Shown: positions 16,723 to 25,503 of the stretch, piece after piece
Layout: the number at the start of each line of letters is the position of its first letter
Numbering within the stretch: position 1 is the first letter of the stretch
Origin: a virus
Lineage: Duplodnaviria > Caudoviricetes
DNA: 64,000 bases
Reading direction: 5' to 3' (one strand)
Virus record (IMG/VR): IMGVR_UViG_3300033073_001045
Coordinates: 1 to 64,000 of that record
Position numbers and translations under genes: made by a program
Notes under the pieces: model-generated
What the model saw: only the letters and a program-made list of their open reading frames with translations
Database searches by the model: none
Told to the model about the DNA's origin: nothing

Positions 16723-17099
16723 TTTTGTAAGTATCTCCACGCATCTCCTGTTTCTGGATCTTCGTGCCACATGTAATCCCAATACGGAATACCTTTATCA
16801 TCATAATCATCCCAGCCAAGACCGTCATCTAATTTAAAATCTAATGGAAAATTCCATTTATATAAGGTTCCCCATTTAGAATATGGTTTGTCAAGGTAAT
16901 AATAAAACATAAAGCCAAATTTTTCCATCAAAAAATGATGGAATTTATAGGTATTCCATTCATATGTGTAACGATCATTGGCCCTGAGACCTATATTAAA
17001 AAACCACATTGATACAGGATGAAATACTTTATTTGCTACCCATCGCAAAGGAATAATTTTAGTTTTGTGTTCTGGTATAAATACATCTTCTCTATACAT
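16719..17099 (-). CDS. Hypothetical aromatic-rich protein
   Basis: 126-aa ORF with AGGAGA RBS. Confidence 0.7.
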   Translation of the reverse strand: MYREDVFIPEHKTKIIPLRWVANKVFHPVSMWFFNIGLRANDRYTYEWNTYKFHHFLMEKFGFMFYYYLDKPYSKWGTLYKWNFPLDFKLDDGLGWDDYDDKGIPYWDYMWHEDPETGDAWRYLQK

Positions 17100-17572
17100 T
17101 ATTTCTCCTTATGTGTTGCCCAATAATATTGACATCTATTACAGCATGGTTTATTAAACTTATTATCCTTGGCAGAAGCAAAATGTGCATAATAAACTGG
17201 ATCTTTGCGATATAGGTTAGCTCTATGTGTAATTACAGTTCTGTTGAATGCTTCTTTATTCTTTGCAAATGCTGGTTTCCCATCACCCCAAATCTTGCCG
17301 TAAGACAGTTTGAGAGCTTTTAAGTTATTCAAATTGTTCTCTGTTTTAATGCCACGATGATTTGCCTCATTGACCATAGCCATAGTATAACGCCACAATT
17401 CATTTTCAGCACCGTCCCACATCAATACTGCAGGATGGTTACGCCAAGCTTTTCCATTGGTTGATATAACCTTAAGTATCTGATAGCATTCTAATATTTG
17501 CTTATTTAATCTTTTATTATCTAAAGCCTCAGCACAATCTGCTGGAGTCGAATAGGGTAGAAAAGTTTGCAT
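17099..17572 (-). CDS. MSMEG_6728-family / pyrimidine-dimer DNA glycosylase-like protein
   Basis: MQTFLPY ... LDNKRLNKQILECYQIL ... HPAVLMW ... HRANLYRKDP. Confidence 0.85.
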   Translation of the reverse strand: MQTFLPYSTPADCAEALDNKRLNKQILECYQILKVISTNGKAWRNHPAVLMWDGAENELWRYTMAMVNEANHRGIKTENNLNNLKALKLSYGKIWGDGKPAFAKNKEAFNRTVITHRANLYRKDPVYYAHFASAKDNKFNKPCCNRCQYYWATHKEK

Positions 17573-17578
17573 GGCTTT

Positions 17579-17607
17579 ATTCTATATAATGCATGCAGTA
17601 TTGTCAA
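17579..17607 (-). promoter_or_regulatory. Housekeeping-sigma promoter, leaderless
   Basis: TTGACA-N17-TAGAAT-N6-ATG. Confidence 0.8.
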
Positions 17608-17618
17608 TAGTTTTAGAT

Positions 17619-17735
17619 GATTAATAGGTCTACGAGCAGACTAACCTACTAATCTGATATATGAGGATTTACTATCGCCCGTTGTCCTCCAGTTGTCCCC
17701 GTCGGGAGTCAGTCTCTATACCTGCAACGCAACCT
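17619..17735 (-). ncRNA. Candidate structured RNA at the 3' end of the tRNA operon
   Basis: Locally GC-richer non-coding tract with stems TCCC/GGGA and GAGGA/TCCTC and an 11-bp terminal hairpin GATTAGTAGGT/ACCTATTAATC. Confidence 0.4.
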
Positions 17736-17743
17736 TAATATCG

Positions 17744-17816
17744 TGCCTCTCACTGGATTCGAACCAGTGCTGTATGGATTTTAAGTCCACCGCCTCTACC
17801 GCTGGGCTAGAGAGGC
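17744..17816 (-). tRNA. tRNA-Leu(TAA), short variable arm
   Basis: GCCTCTC/GAGAGGC acceptor stem, anticodon loop CT-TAA-AA, T-loop TTCGAAT; no encoded CCA. Confidence 0.9.
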
Positions 17817-17818
17817 CG

Positions 17819-17891
17819 TGTCCCCAGATGGTCTCGAACCATCGACCCGCAGATTAAAAGTCTGCTGCTCTACCAACTGAGCTATAGGAAC
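17819..17891 (-). tRNA. tRNA-Lys(TTT)
   Basis: Cloverleaf; loop CT-TTT-AA. Confidence 0.93.
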
Positions 17892-17892
17892 G

Positions 17893-17964
17893 CACCCCTG
17901 GCTGGAATCGAACCAGCGACCAACAGATTAGAAGTCTGTTGCTCTTCCGCTGAGCTACAGAGGT
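17893..17964 (-). tRNA. tRNA-Arg(TCT)
   Basis: Cloverleaf; loop CT-TCT-AA. Confidence 0.93.
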
Positions 17965-17965
17965 A

Positions 17966-18041
17966 TGGCTGGGGATGCAGGCATCGATCCTGCGACATTC
18001 GAATTAACAGTTCGACGCTCTACCATCTGAGCTAATCCCCA
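17966..18041 (-). tRNA. tRNA-Asn(GTT), CCA encoded
   Basis: TGGGGAT/ATCCCCA stem; loop CT-GTT-AA; atypical T-loop ATCGATG. Confidence 0.9.
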
Positions 18042-18045
18042 TTAG

Positions 18046-18119
18046 TGCAGCAGGTAGGACTCGAACCTACGATTACCGAATTATGAGTTCGGGGCTTTAA
18101 CCAACTAAGCTACTGCTGC
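18046..18119 (-). tRNA. tRNA with CAT anticodon (Ile2/lysidine type or elongator Met)
   Basis: GCAGCAG/CTGCTGC stem; loop CT-CAT-AA; lacks initiator features. Confidence 0.9.
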
Positions 18120-18127
18120 ATTTAATA

Positions 18128-18156
18128 ATTATATATTTATTCAACTGGCTTGTCAA
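18128..18156 (-). promoter_or_regulatory. Promoter of the tRNA operon
   Basis: TTGACA-N17-TATAAT, 8 nt before the first tRNA. Confidence 0.85.
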
Positions 18157-18376
18157 TATCATTTTCAACAATTTGTTGAACATACTCTGAAAAATGTTTT
18201 CTTATTCCACCCATTGGTCTTGAACCAAATTCATCCCATAGTCTTTTATACTCTATGATATTTTGTAGTGTGGTTGGGCAAACCACAATACCGTTGTATG
18301 TTTTCATTACTGTAGGTAGTGGAACATGTTTTGTACAACACTTACATTGCTTTGCTAACTCTTGATATTCGTTCAT
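18137..18376 (-). CDS. Hypothetical Cys-containing protein
   Basis: 79-aa ORF following the terminase. Confidence 0.7.
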   Translation of the reverse strand: MNEYQELAKQCKCCTKHVPLPTVMKTYNGIVVCPTTLQNIIEYKRLWDEFGSRPMGGIRKHFSEYVQQIVENDIDKPVE

Positions 18377-20175
18377 ATTATCTGCATCCTGTCCATAGCT
18401 TCTTTTAAATGTTCTGGCATTTTAGGCGCCCTAATCATATTATAATGTGACACCTCTCCATCATCTGGCTTACCAAAATCTGCTTCGTAGTTCATCGATT
18501 CGTACGTATGAATATTTATTTGATCGTTGTTATCTGGCCTAGTTCTACTTATTGCATTAAATATAGATCCGCAAACAGCGTCAGCTAAGTCTTTAGACCC
18601 TTTACGTGGGTGATCAACTTTATCACGCATAATTTTAAGTTGCAAAAGTTCATCGATAAGCAGTGGAATATGCGGACCATGCAAACGTTCCTCAAGAACA
18701 ACCATAGCCATGTCATCATAGTGTTTTTTTGCAACAGAAAGAATTTCAGTATTAATTCCATAAGACTTAAGCTGCTGCATCATATCATGTGAATTCCATC
18801 GGTCAAATGTACACACAGCAATATTAAACCCTCTTGTTTTAAGAGCCAATATATAATCTTTTACTTCAGTAAAATCAACTGACTTATCTGCAGTTGGCGT
18901 CCAGTACCTTACTGCATCTACAGATATAATAGGTGCTGGTTGTGAGTATTCGTTAGTTACTTTAACATTAACCCACCTATCAACATGCGCTAATGCTACT
19001 GCACAATGGTCATGCTTTTGAGCCAAGTCAACGTGAATAAAATATTTTTTATCTGGATCTGGTATAAACCAGTTTTCAAGTCTTCCAAAGCTATCTACAG
19101 CTAATCCAGTATTACTAAATGCTTTCTCTACCTTTTCTCTAGACTTGAAAAATGCGTCAATCATTTCTGGTGGCATGCATGCAAATCTACCAAGTGCATC
19201 TAAAGAGTTTTTATAAAAGTCTACCTTAAAATCTTCAATTTTTTTAGTTGGATTAACTTCCCATGTTGGCCTTTTAAGAGCATAAGTCTTTGGGTAAAGG
19301 TAAGAAATAATATGGTCTTCTTCCCAATCAACTGTTATCTCATTGCCCTCTGTGCCGTCTGGAAGATCATCGTCCATTTTAAGAGTCTTACTTCTAACTA
19401 TTGTTTCTTTTTCTGCAATTACAGATTCATAAAACTTTTGTATAGGATCATTCTTAAATCTAGGGAATGAGAGCAAGATAACTTTACCAAAATCTGGAAA
19501 ACGAGACATAACTGATGCACGGTACATATCATATATTGCATCTGCCGTTTTAGCCTGATCGTGGCCAGTTGTGTTTTCCATAGCAAAACCAGATATCTCA
19601 TCAAGGATAACCGTAATAACGTTATATCCTTCCCAAGCCTCTCTTTGCGAGTGACCAGAGTGAACTGTTATAGCTTTGTCAAACTTCATCTCTGAAGCCT
19701 TTTGATCGTACTTTCCCTGGAACCAAGGCGATCTTTCAATTCTAGTAATAAATCCTTTAAAGAAAACGTTTGAAGCCTGCTGTGCATTGATAGCAATATT
19801 CAGGATATCAATTGAGTCTCCTGGAGGCTTACCGTAATATGTTGCTGGATCCTTGAGACATAGCAAAAGATACACCATATATGCCACTGAAATTGTTGAT
19901 GAGTAGTCTTTGCCAGAACCCTTACCAAGCTGAGCAATAACTTCATTACATGTTTGCTTGAATCTTCGTTTACCTTCTTCTTCACCGTAAAGTTTTACTA
20001 GTGTAGACTCTTTATAAATTTGAGATGACTTTTCAATAAGCTCATATTGCAAATCAGATAAAGGTGGAAGCCCAAGATATTTTGGGCTTGTTACAAACTC
20101 TCTTAAATCTACTGGCTTCTCTTCAAACTCTTCGCCATCTAGAATGTCAATTAAATCAGAGAAATCAAATGACAC
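18373..20175 (-). CDS. terL: Terminase large subunit
   Basis: GKGSGKD Walker A, VILDE Walker B, RNase H-like IHVDLA ... FDRW ... KDLADA. Start likely GTG 20175 (GAGGAG). Confidence 0.9.
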   Translation of the reverse strand: MSFDFSDLIDILDGEEFEEKPVDLREFVTSPKYLGLPPLSDLQYELIEKSSQIYKESTLVKLYGEEEGKRRFKQTCNEVIAQLGKGSGKDYSSTISVAYMVYLLLCLKDPATYYGKPPGDSIDILNIAINAQQASNVFFKGFITRIERSPWFQGKYDQKASEMKFDKAITVHSGHSQREAWEGYNVITVILDEISGFAMENTTGHDQAKTADAIYDMYRASVMSRFPDFGKVILLSFPRFKNDPIQKFYESVIAEKETIVRSKTLKMDDDLPDGTEGNEITVDWEEDHIISYLYPKTYALKRPTWEVNPTKKIEDFKVDFYKNSLDALGRFACMPPEMIDAFFKSREKVEKAFSNTGLAVDSFGRLENWFIPDPDKKYFIHVDLAQKHDHCAVALAHVDRWVNVKVTNEYSQPAPIISVDAVRYWTPTADKSVDFTEVKDYILALKTRGFNIAVCTFDRWNSHDMMQQLKSYGINTEILSVAKKHYDDMAMVVLEERLHGPHIPLLIDELLQLKIMRDKVDHPRKGSKDLADAVCGSIFNAISRTRPDNNDQINIHTYESMNYEADFGKPDDGEVSHYNMIRAPKMPEHLKEAMDRMQII

Positions 20176-20701
20176 TAGACTCCTCAATTACAACTGCTTC
20201 TACAACACCAGTTATCTGGGACAACCTTTTGGCAACATCAATTTTACATTTTGGACATGAAGATGTAACCTCTTTTAATATGCCTACAAGAATTTCCTGC
20301 TTTTTTTCTGTTTCAGCAATCTGTGCCGCAATCTCTGTATTCTCTAGAATGCCAACAGACTGCAACATAGCAATTCTTTTTGTTTCAATATCAGCAATTA
20401 GCTTTAAAGCTCCAGATTTTACAGCCAAGGCACCCTGTGTATCAGCATCTTCGACTGTCTTCCATGCCTCTTTAATGAGCATGGCATAGTGTTGATCTGC
20501 CCCTGATATAGCCTCTTTAGCCCTATCCCTAGAACTACTATCGTTGTGAACAATTGACTTCCACTCGTCTATAAGGGTTACTACGTCCGCCCTCTTCATT
20601 CCAGTACTGGTTGCTATCTGCGTAGGCGTAGAGCCCTTTAGAAGCTCTTCTACAACCATGTTCATGCGGTCATAATGCTCTGCTAATTCTATTTCTGCCA
20701 T
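20165..20701 (-). CDS. HTH protein, probable terminase small subunit
   Basis: N-terminal HTH (TPTQIATSTGMKRADV) and coiled coil, directly upstream of terL. Leaderless promoter TTGCAA-N17-TATAAT-N6-ATG. Confidence 0.6.
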   Translation of the reverse strand: MAEIELAEHYDRMNMVVEELLKGSTPTQIATSTGMKRADVVTLIDEWKSIVHNDSSSRDRAKEAISGADQHYAMLIKEAWKTVEDADTQGALAVKSGALKLIADIETKRIAMLQSVGILENTEIAAQIAETEKKQEILVGILKEVTSSCPKCKIDVAKRLSQITGVVEAVVIEESSVI

Positions 20702-20716
20702 ATATAGATTATACTT

Positions 20717-21058
20717 CTAGTCGACTGAAATTGCAAGTCGCTTAGCTATCTTAAGTAAGATTAAATAACCAATCATATCGTCAATATCATTGTCACCTGC
20801 AAAACCTGACCCATTTTTAATCCTATTTATCTTGTCATCAATTCTGATCTTAATCTGCTCTTGATTGTCCGCCTGAGAAAATATACGGATTGGACTCAGG
20901 GCTGAGTCGCCGTATGAGATATTCTTTTTAATAAGCATCTCTGCAATTTCCAAACACTCTGAAATAATCTTGTGTCCAGAAGGAGCTTCTGTTGCAATTA
21001 ATTGTAGGTCAGTAACCCATGCTTGGTATCCGCTGTTTTTATTTGGGTAGCCTGTCAT
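20717..21058 (-). CDS. DUF1599/Nmad1-like all-helical nucleotide-associated protein
   Basis: KKNISYGDS ... RIDDKINRI ... DMIGYLIL. Confidence 0.65.
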   Translation of the reverse strand: MTGYPNKNSGYQAWVTDLQLIATEAPSGHKIISECLEIAEMLIKKNISYGDSALSPIRIFSQADNQEQIKIRIDDKINRIKNGSGFAGDNDIDDMIGYLILLKIAKRLAISVD

Positions 21059-21201
21059 CTTTTCCTCATCAATTCAAATTTTTCTAAATATCTCTGTATG
21101 GTCATAGCAGAGACACCGCACTCTTTACCTATTTCTGTAACTGTTTTCTTTTGGACTACATACCTTCTATATAGCCACTCTTTACTTTGATAGTACTTCA
21201 T
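21055..21201 (-). CDS. Small HTH DNA-binding protein (48 aa)
   Basis: Translated by hand: MKYYQSKEWLYRRYVVQKKTVTEIGKECGVSAMTIQRYLEKF; ATGA overlaps at both ends. Confidence 0.8.
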   Translation of the reverse strand: MKYYQSKEWLYRRYVVQKKTVTEIGKECGVSAMTIQRYLEKFELMRKR

Positions 21202-21764
21202 CGTTCTGTTAATATTTGGTTAGCATAATGTGCAATACCAAAACTATCTGCAACATCAAAATCCACCACATTTAAATTATACTTTCTATTAAAATAGTCA
21301 GCAGTTCTTTGCTTTCTCATATTTCTTAATTGATTCTTGTACCATGAGTCCGCATAGCCTGGGTTTGCTAGTCTTATAGCAGACTTTTCATCTTTTGTCG
21401 GATTTTTGTTGCCAATATACGCCTGCCAAGCGGTAGGGCTAATAGTAATAACCCTTGCACCAGTAGACATAAGTTCAGCAATAACAACTCCATATACATA
21501 AGATAATTTTATCACGGCATCTGGTGACCTGACAAGTACTGCACCTTCGACTGCTATATAATCAGACTTTAATTCATCAAGCATTACATGCATTCTAACC
21601 TTAGCATCATACATTTTTTCATATATATCTGATCCAGACAACTCAATTTTTCCCCATTTAATTGGCACATCATCTTCCATAAGACAAAATGCTATCGAGT
21701 TTGTGGACGCATCTATACCTAAAACACGGTGTGCTTTTGACTTTACAAGATCACTCAATTTCAT
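21198..21764 (-). CDS. RuvC-like Holliday junction resolvase
   Basis: VLGIDAS, IAVEG, DVADSFGIA. Confidence 0.8.
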   Translation of the reverse strand: MKLSDLVKSKAHRVLGIDASTNSIAFCLMEDDVPIKWGKIELSGSDIYEKMYDAKVRMHVMLDELKSDYIAVEGAVLVRSPDAVIKLSYVYGVVIAELMSTGARVITISPTAWQAYIGNKNPTKDEKSAIRLANPGYADSWYKNQLRNMRKQRTADYFNRKYNLNVVDFDVADSFGIAHYANQILTER

Positions 21765-22029
21765 TTATTATATCCATAATCATTTTTTTAGATTTAAAAT
21801 CAGTACTTTTTTCACATGAAGCACATATCTTAGACTGATTATATCTACTTAATTGTGATTTACATATTGCACATATACGTATAGCACCATTTTTAATTGC
21901 TTTTTTTTCGTAGTACTTTTCCATTATTCTCTTATTTGTTGCAATCCTACAACATTCATCTGAGCAATATTTTTGATTATGAGTTTTTGAATTAAACTCT
22001 ATACCACATTCCTTGTTGGCGCAAATCAT
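21751..22029 (-). CDS. Multi-Zn-finger protein
   Basis: Multiple Cys pairs. Confidence 0.7.
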   Translation of the reverse strand: MICANKECGIEFNSKTHNQKYCSDECCRIATNKRIMEKYYEKKAIKNGAIRICAICKSQLSRYNQSKICASCEKSTDFKSKKMIMDIINEIE

Positions 22030-22817
22030 AGCTTTGGAACCTCAAATAATTCTATCTGTACTGTACCAATTTTAGAATCTTTAGCGTAGCATTCTTTTTT
22101 AATTGGGCAGTAGGTGCAAGGCATTTTTGACTTTGTAGATCCAGGTGGTCTCATTGGTATGTCTCCGTTATTAAAATTATCCCATACCTCCTGCATCCAT
22201 ATAAATAAACCATCAATTATTTCTTTATTCTTTTCATTCATCGAAACTGGAATGATAAGTACTTCCTGAGTATTTTTATTTTCATAAAGAAAGAATCCTT
22301 CTTTTGCATTCTTTAGCTTCATGTATGTCAATAGCTGCAGCATATGATTTGGTGACGACTTCATCTCTGATTGCCTTGTATCCCATACCTCTTGCTTTGC
22401 TGTTTTAATTTCGCCTATAACTGTTTCACCATCGTATTCCATAATTAAATCAATGAATCCACGTATAGGCGGATACTCATTTATAATTTCCTCTTCATCA
22501 CGAACAAATTCTGGCATTGTTGAAATTAGTTTTTGCAATCTTTCATGAGCTTGTGTGCCCTGTGCCATATTTGCAATTGCAACTGCATCATTGTCATCGA
22601 TAAAAACTGCTCCGCTAAATGCCATATACCAATATCTAGGACAATTACCATGTCCATACCCAAGTGAACTAGGGCTAAAAGACTTTTTTGTCATATATCC
22701 ATCTGCTCTTTTTGTATTTCTATATGACTCATCAAGTAATGCAGCAAATTTTTCTGGGTCAAAGAATTTACCAGTATGTTTTTTAAACTTAAGGTTCTTT
22801 ACAATATCTCTAGCCAT
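22026..22817 (-). CDS. Cas4-like PD-(D/E)XK exonuclease
   Basis: CPR..., GTQAHE, GFIDL, EIKT, QLLTY and the C-terminal CxxCxxxxxC Fe-S motif. Confidence 0.85.
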   Translation of the reverse strand: MARDIVKNLKFKKHTGKFFDPEKFAALLDESYRNTKRADGYMTKKSFSPSSLGYGHGNCPRYWYMAFSGAVFIDDNDAVAIANMAQGTQAHERLQKLISTMPEFVRDEEEIINEYPPIRGFIDLIMEYDGETVIGEIKTAKQEVWDTRQSEMKSSPNHMLQLLTYMKLKNAKEGFFLYENKNTQEVLIIPVSMNEKNKEIIDGLFIWMQEVWDNFNNGDIPMRPPGSTKSKMPCTYCPIKKECYAKDSKIGTVQIELFEVPKL

Positions 22818-23156
22818 TTATGAGTTATACCTAACGACATACTTAAGTGCATCTACAAGTTTGTCTATAGACTCTTTCAGAGAATAATATACATTCTTTT
22901 TATTATTATTTGCTGTTCCAGCCTTATCTTTAGCCACTGTAGAATAGTATGACGCTAGTACAGCAAACTTAGTTGACATAGCCTGTAATTCCATAATTAG
23001 AGTTGGTGATTTGGCAGAAGGGACGTCTGGATTCATAAGTAGCTTAACCACGATAGCCAAAGCTTTATCTAAATGCTCATCTTTCATAAAGTCATGTAGA
23101 TCATTAAACTCTGTAATGTTGCTTATAAGCTCTAATGTATTCTTATCTTCTGTCAT
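22818..23156 (-). CDS. Hypothetical helical protein
   Basis: 112-aa ORF in the recombination operon. Confidence 0.7.
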   Translation of the reverse strand: MTEDKNTLELISNITEFNDLHDFMKDEHLDKALAIVVKLLMNPDVPSAKSPTLIMELQAMSTKFAVLASYYSTVAKDKAGTANNNKKNVYYSLKESIDKLVDALKYVVRYNS

Positions 23157-23253
23157 TTTTCACCTTTTCTTTTTTATCTAACTTATCAATGAATAACCCT
23201 AAAGGATATCCTAAAGAAAAACCAACCATGACACCACATATAAACATTAACAT
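23143..23253 (-). CDS. Small single-TM protein (36 aa)
   Basis: Translated by hand: MLMFICGVMVGFSLGYPLGLFIDKLDKKEK...; TAATG overlap. Confidence 0.6.
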   Translation of the reverse strand: MLMFICGVMVGFSLGYPLGLFIDKLDKKEKVKNDRR

Positions 23254-23408
23254 TAAATAAACCTCTGAACTATACCATAGCCTATCCATAGGCCAACAAT
23301 TCCCATCAGTCCTGCAAATACTGGCGGTGCTGGAATAGGTAGCTTAAATACGCTAAAAATTCCTCCCACTGCAATTCCAGTTAATGTAGTATAAATAATC
23401 TCTTTCAT
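23253..23408 (-). CDS. XapX/DUF1427-family small membrane protein (51 aa)
   Basis: Translated by hand: ...GGIFSVFKLPIPAPPVFAGLMGIVGLWIGY; GGAGG RBS. Confidence 0.8.
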   Translation of the reverse strand: MKEIIYTTLTGIAVGGIFSVFKLPIPAPPVFAGLMGIVGLWIGYGIVQRFI

Positions 23409-23707
23409 TGGTTATCCTCCCAAAATTGGACCAGTTCCTCTAGGACCGCCCATTCAATAATTCCAAGACGAACCTTGGAATCATTTCCTATAATAATCTT
23501 TAATGCTGGGTGCATGTCTCTACTTACCTTAAAGGTATCTGTACAGATTTTTGCCCACACATCTTTATTTAATGTAAATGACTTTGAAGCCTCTTTATAA
23601 TCTACAAGAAACTGATTCCATTTTGCATCACCCTTTTGGTAATCTCCCCTACCGCTATTCTTTTGTGGCTTTGCGCCATCTCTTTTTACTTCAGATCTTT
23701 CTGACAT
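23405..23707 (-). CDS. PD-(D/E)XK nuclease, Hjc/resolvase-like
   Basis: E ... NSGRG ... KGDA ... DYKE. Confidence 0.6.
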   Translation of the reverse strand: MSERSEVKRDGAKPQKNSGRGDYQKGDAKWNQFLVDYKEASKSFTLNKDVWAKICTDTFKVSRDMHPALKIIIGNDSKVRLGIIEWAVLEELVQFWEDNQ

Positions 23708-23904
23708 TAGCCAACCACATACTTTGTCTCATGCCCATCTTTACACGTCCAAAACATCTCCATTGTTTGCTTATTAAATGAATACTTATCTACATATAAA
23801 TCGCATTTTGAACATGGCCTCATTTGCTCTATGATTTCAACATTTGGATCTAGTGGAACATTCTCTATGCTTGACTCTTTTAAAAAATCATTAAGTCTTG
23901 TCAT
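23707..23904 (-). CDS. Small Zn-ribbon protein
   Basis: CSKC ... C..GH. Confidence 0.65.
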   Translation of the reverse strand: MTRLNDFLKESSIENVPLDPNVEIIEQMRPCSKCDLYVDKYSFNKQTMEMFWTCKDGHETKYVVG

Positions 23905-24889
23905 TGATTTCACCAATTAGTTTATCTACAACATCAGGATTATCTCTGAGATATGCAACAGCCTTTGCTCTTCCTTGAAGTCTTTCTCCATTTACAGTAT
24001 ACCAAGCACCACCCTTTTCAACTGCACCAACCATCTCTGCAACATCAAGAGTTTCTCCAACACGATCTACCCCTAATATTTCTCCTTGGTAGTAGAAGTC
24101 ATACTGTCCAGATAGATTTGGTGGTCCAAGCTTGTTGTAATCAATAATCCAATTAACTGGTCTTCCGACTCTTTGCTCAATAATTTTATCGCCAACTTTA
24201 ACGCCAGCCTTGATAGCATTAGCCTCAGCCTCGGAAGACCAAAGCTTAATGACTGTGGAGGAAAAGAATTTGACTGCCATTCCTCCCGTAGGTATGTGGC
24301 TGGCATGCATAGACCCAAATTGGTTTCTTTGTTGGGAAATGAGAACAAGTAATGTATTTTTGTTTGCATAATTTAACATTTTGACAGCGTGTGTCATATC
24401 CTTTGCTTCTGCTCCGATTTGCTTAGTATCTTGCAAATCCTTCATTTCGTTTCCATCTTTTTCAAAATAGATTGCTGGTAGTAATGCTGAGATTGAATCT
24501 ACAACAATTATATCTACTCCAGCATCCATGAGCTTTGTGGCCACATCAACCATATCGTTAACAGTTTTCGCTGGTGAGTAAATAAGGGAAGAAGAATCTA
24601 CTCCAAGAGACTCCGCCCAAGATTGATCGTACGATGCTTCAGCATCAATCCAAGCACATGTCTTTCCATCTTTCTGAGCCAAAGCAATCATTTGCAAGCA
24701 AAATGAAGACTTTCCAGCAGACTTATTGCCCCAAACAAGCACTTGTCTGCCAAAGCCAAGACCTCCTTTAAGCGCCATGTTTAGCCCAATGCTAGGTGTA
24801 ATTTGTTTTTCAACTTTAACATCCTGGGCAGCCTGTACTCTTGCTCTTGTTTTTGGATCTAGTGTAGCTAAAATATTATCTATAGTCAC
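23891..24889 (-). CDS. recA: RecA/UvsX recombinase
   Basis: GNKSAGKS, WIDAE, IVVDSISAL, PTGGMAVKF, KGGAWY, QGR. Confidence 0.93.
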   Translation of the reverse strand: MTIDNILATLDPKTRARVQAAQDVKVEKQITPSIGLNMALKGGLGFGRQVLVWGNKSAGKSSFCLQMIALAQKDGKTCAWIDAEASYDQSWAESLGVDSSSLIYSPAKTVNDMVDVATKLMDAGVDIIVVDSISALLPAIYFEKDGNEMKDLQDTKQIGAEAKDMTHAVKMLNYANKNTLLVLISQQRNQFGSMHASHIPTGGMAVKFFSSTVIKLWSSEAEANAIKAGVKVGDKIIEQRVGRPVNWIIDYNKLGPPNLSGQYDFYYQGEILGVDRVGETLDVAEMVGAVEKGGAWYTVNGERLQGRAKAVAYLRDNPDVVDKLIGEINDKT

Positions 24890-24923
24890 AGTTATTTATC
24901 TTTCTCTTTCTATTAGTATAGCA

Positions 24924-25304
24924 TTAAAATAGGTTGCCGTGAAGTCTTTGTCTGTTATTATTTATTTGCATTTTTTTAAACAATTGTTCGTCTAAACTAT
25001 GCTCAATAAATCCAGCATTACGCATTGCTGCATATAAATCTAATAGTCTAATTAAAACGTCTGCCATTTCTTCTACAACTTCTTCAGACCCCTTATTTTT
25101 ACGGATAGCCTCCAAAACTTCAGTAACTTCCGAATGTACAAGAGCAAGTTTATTGCCCAACTTATCATGGTTTTTTGGACCATCCCAGAACCCCTTTTCT
25201 ATAGCTGTTTCGTGTAAAATTGCTGCTAGGGCATCTAAACCATAGTCAGTAACTAAAGAAATTGATGAACCCTGTGAAGGTGGAATTGAACTGCTAGTTA
25301 TCAT
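24924..25304 (-). CDS. MazG-like nucleotide pyrophosphohydrolase
   Basis: HSEVTEVLEA ... EEMADVLIR. Confidence 0.85.
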   Translation of the reverse strand: MITSSSIPPSQGSSISLVTDYGLDALAAILHETAIEKGFWDGPKNHDKLGNKLALVHSEVTEVLEAIRKNKGSEEVVEEMADVLIRLLDLYAAMRNAGFIEHSLDEQLFKKMQINNNRQRLHGNLF

Positions 25305-25503
25305 TTGATTCCTTATCTCTTAATTTAAATACAAATGTTTTTTCATCATCATTATAGTCTACCTGCAGTTCTTTATTTTCTGCACCAGCATTTATAAATT
25401 GATCGGTGGCAACCTTTATCTCACCAATTGTTTCTAATATTGATACCAGAATTTTTGAAACATTCATATCTGCAAATATATCTTGCGGAGTCTGTTCACT
25501 CAT
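25294..25503 (-). CDS. Hypothetical protein
   Basis: 69-aa ORF coupled to dnaE. Confidence 0.7.
   Translation of the reverse strand: MSEQTPQDIFADMNVSKILVSILETIGEIKVATDQFINAGAENKELQVDYNDDEKTFVFKLRDKESNDN

Noticed and set aside
17660-17735. HDV-like (theta) ribozyme after tRNA-Leu
   Set aside because: A short P1 (GGTTG/CAACT) followed by GG is suggestive, but P3 cannot be formed and the element does not abut the tRNA 3' end. Kept only as a generic ncRNA candidate.
17661-17738. 25-codon plus-strand ORF (MRIYYRPLSSSC...)
   Set aside because: Antisense to the tRNA operon with no SD or promoter.
17893-17964. Possible amber suppressor tRNA or recoded genetic code
   Set aside because: The 7-nt loop is CT-TCT-AA, giving Arg(TCT). 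Long genes translate intact in the standard code and TAG is used as a stop.
22026-22817. Cas4-like gene as evidence of a CRISPR-Cas system
   Set aside because: No repeat-spacer array or other cas genes were seen. Solo Cas4-like nucleases are common in phage recombination modules.
20717-25304. DNA hypermodification pathway suggested by the Nmad1-like and MazG genes
   Set aside because: No thymidylate-synthase-like, PurZ, queuosine-pathway or glycosyltransferase genes occur in the window, so the evidence is insufficient.
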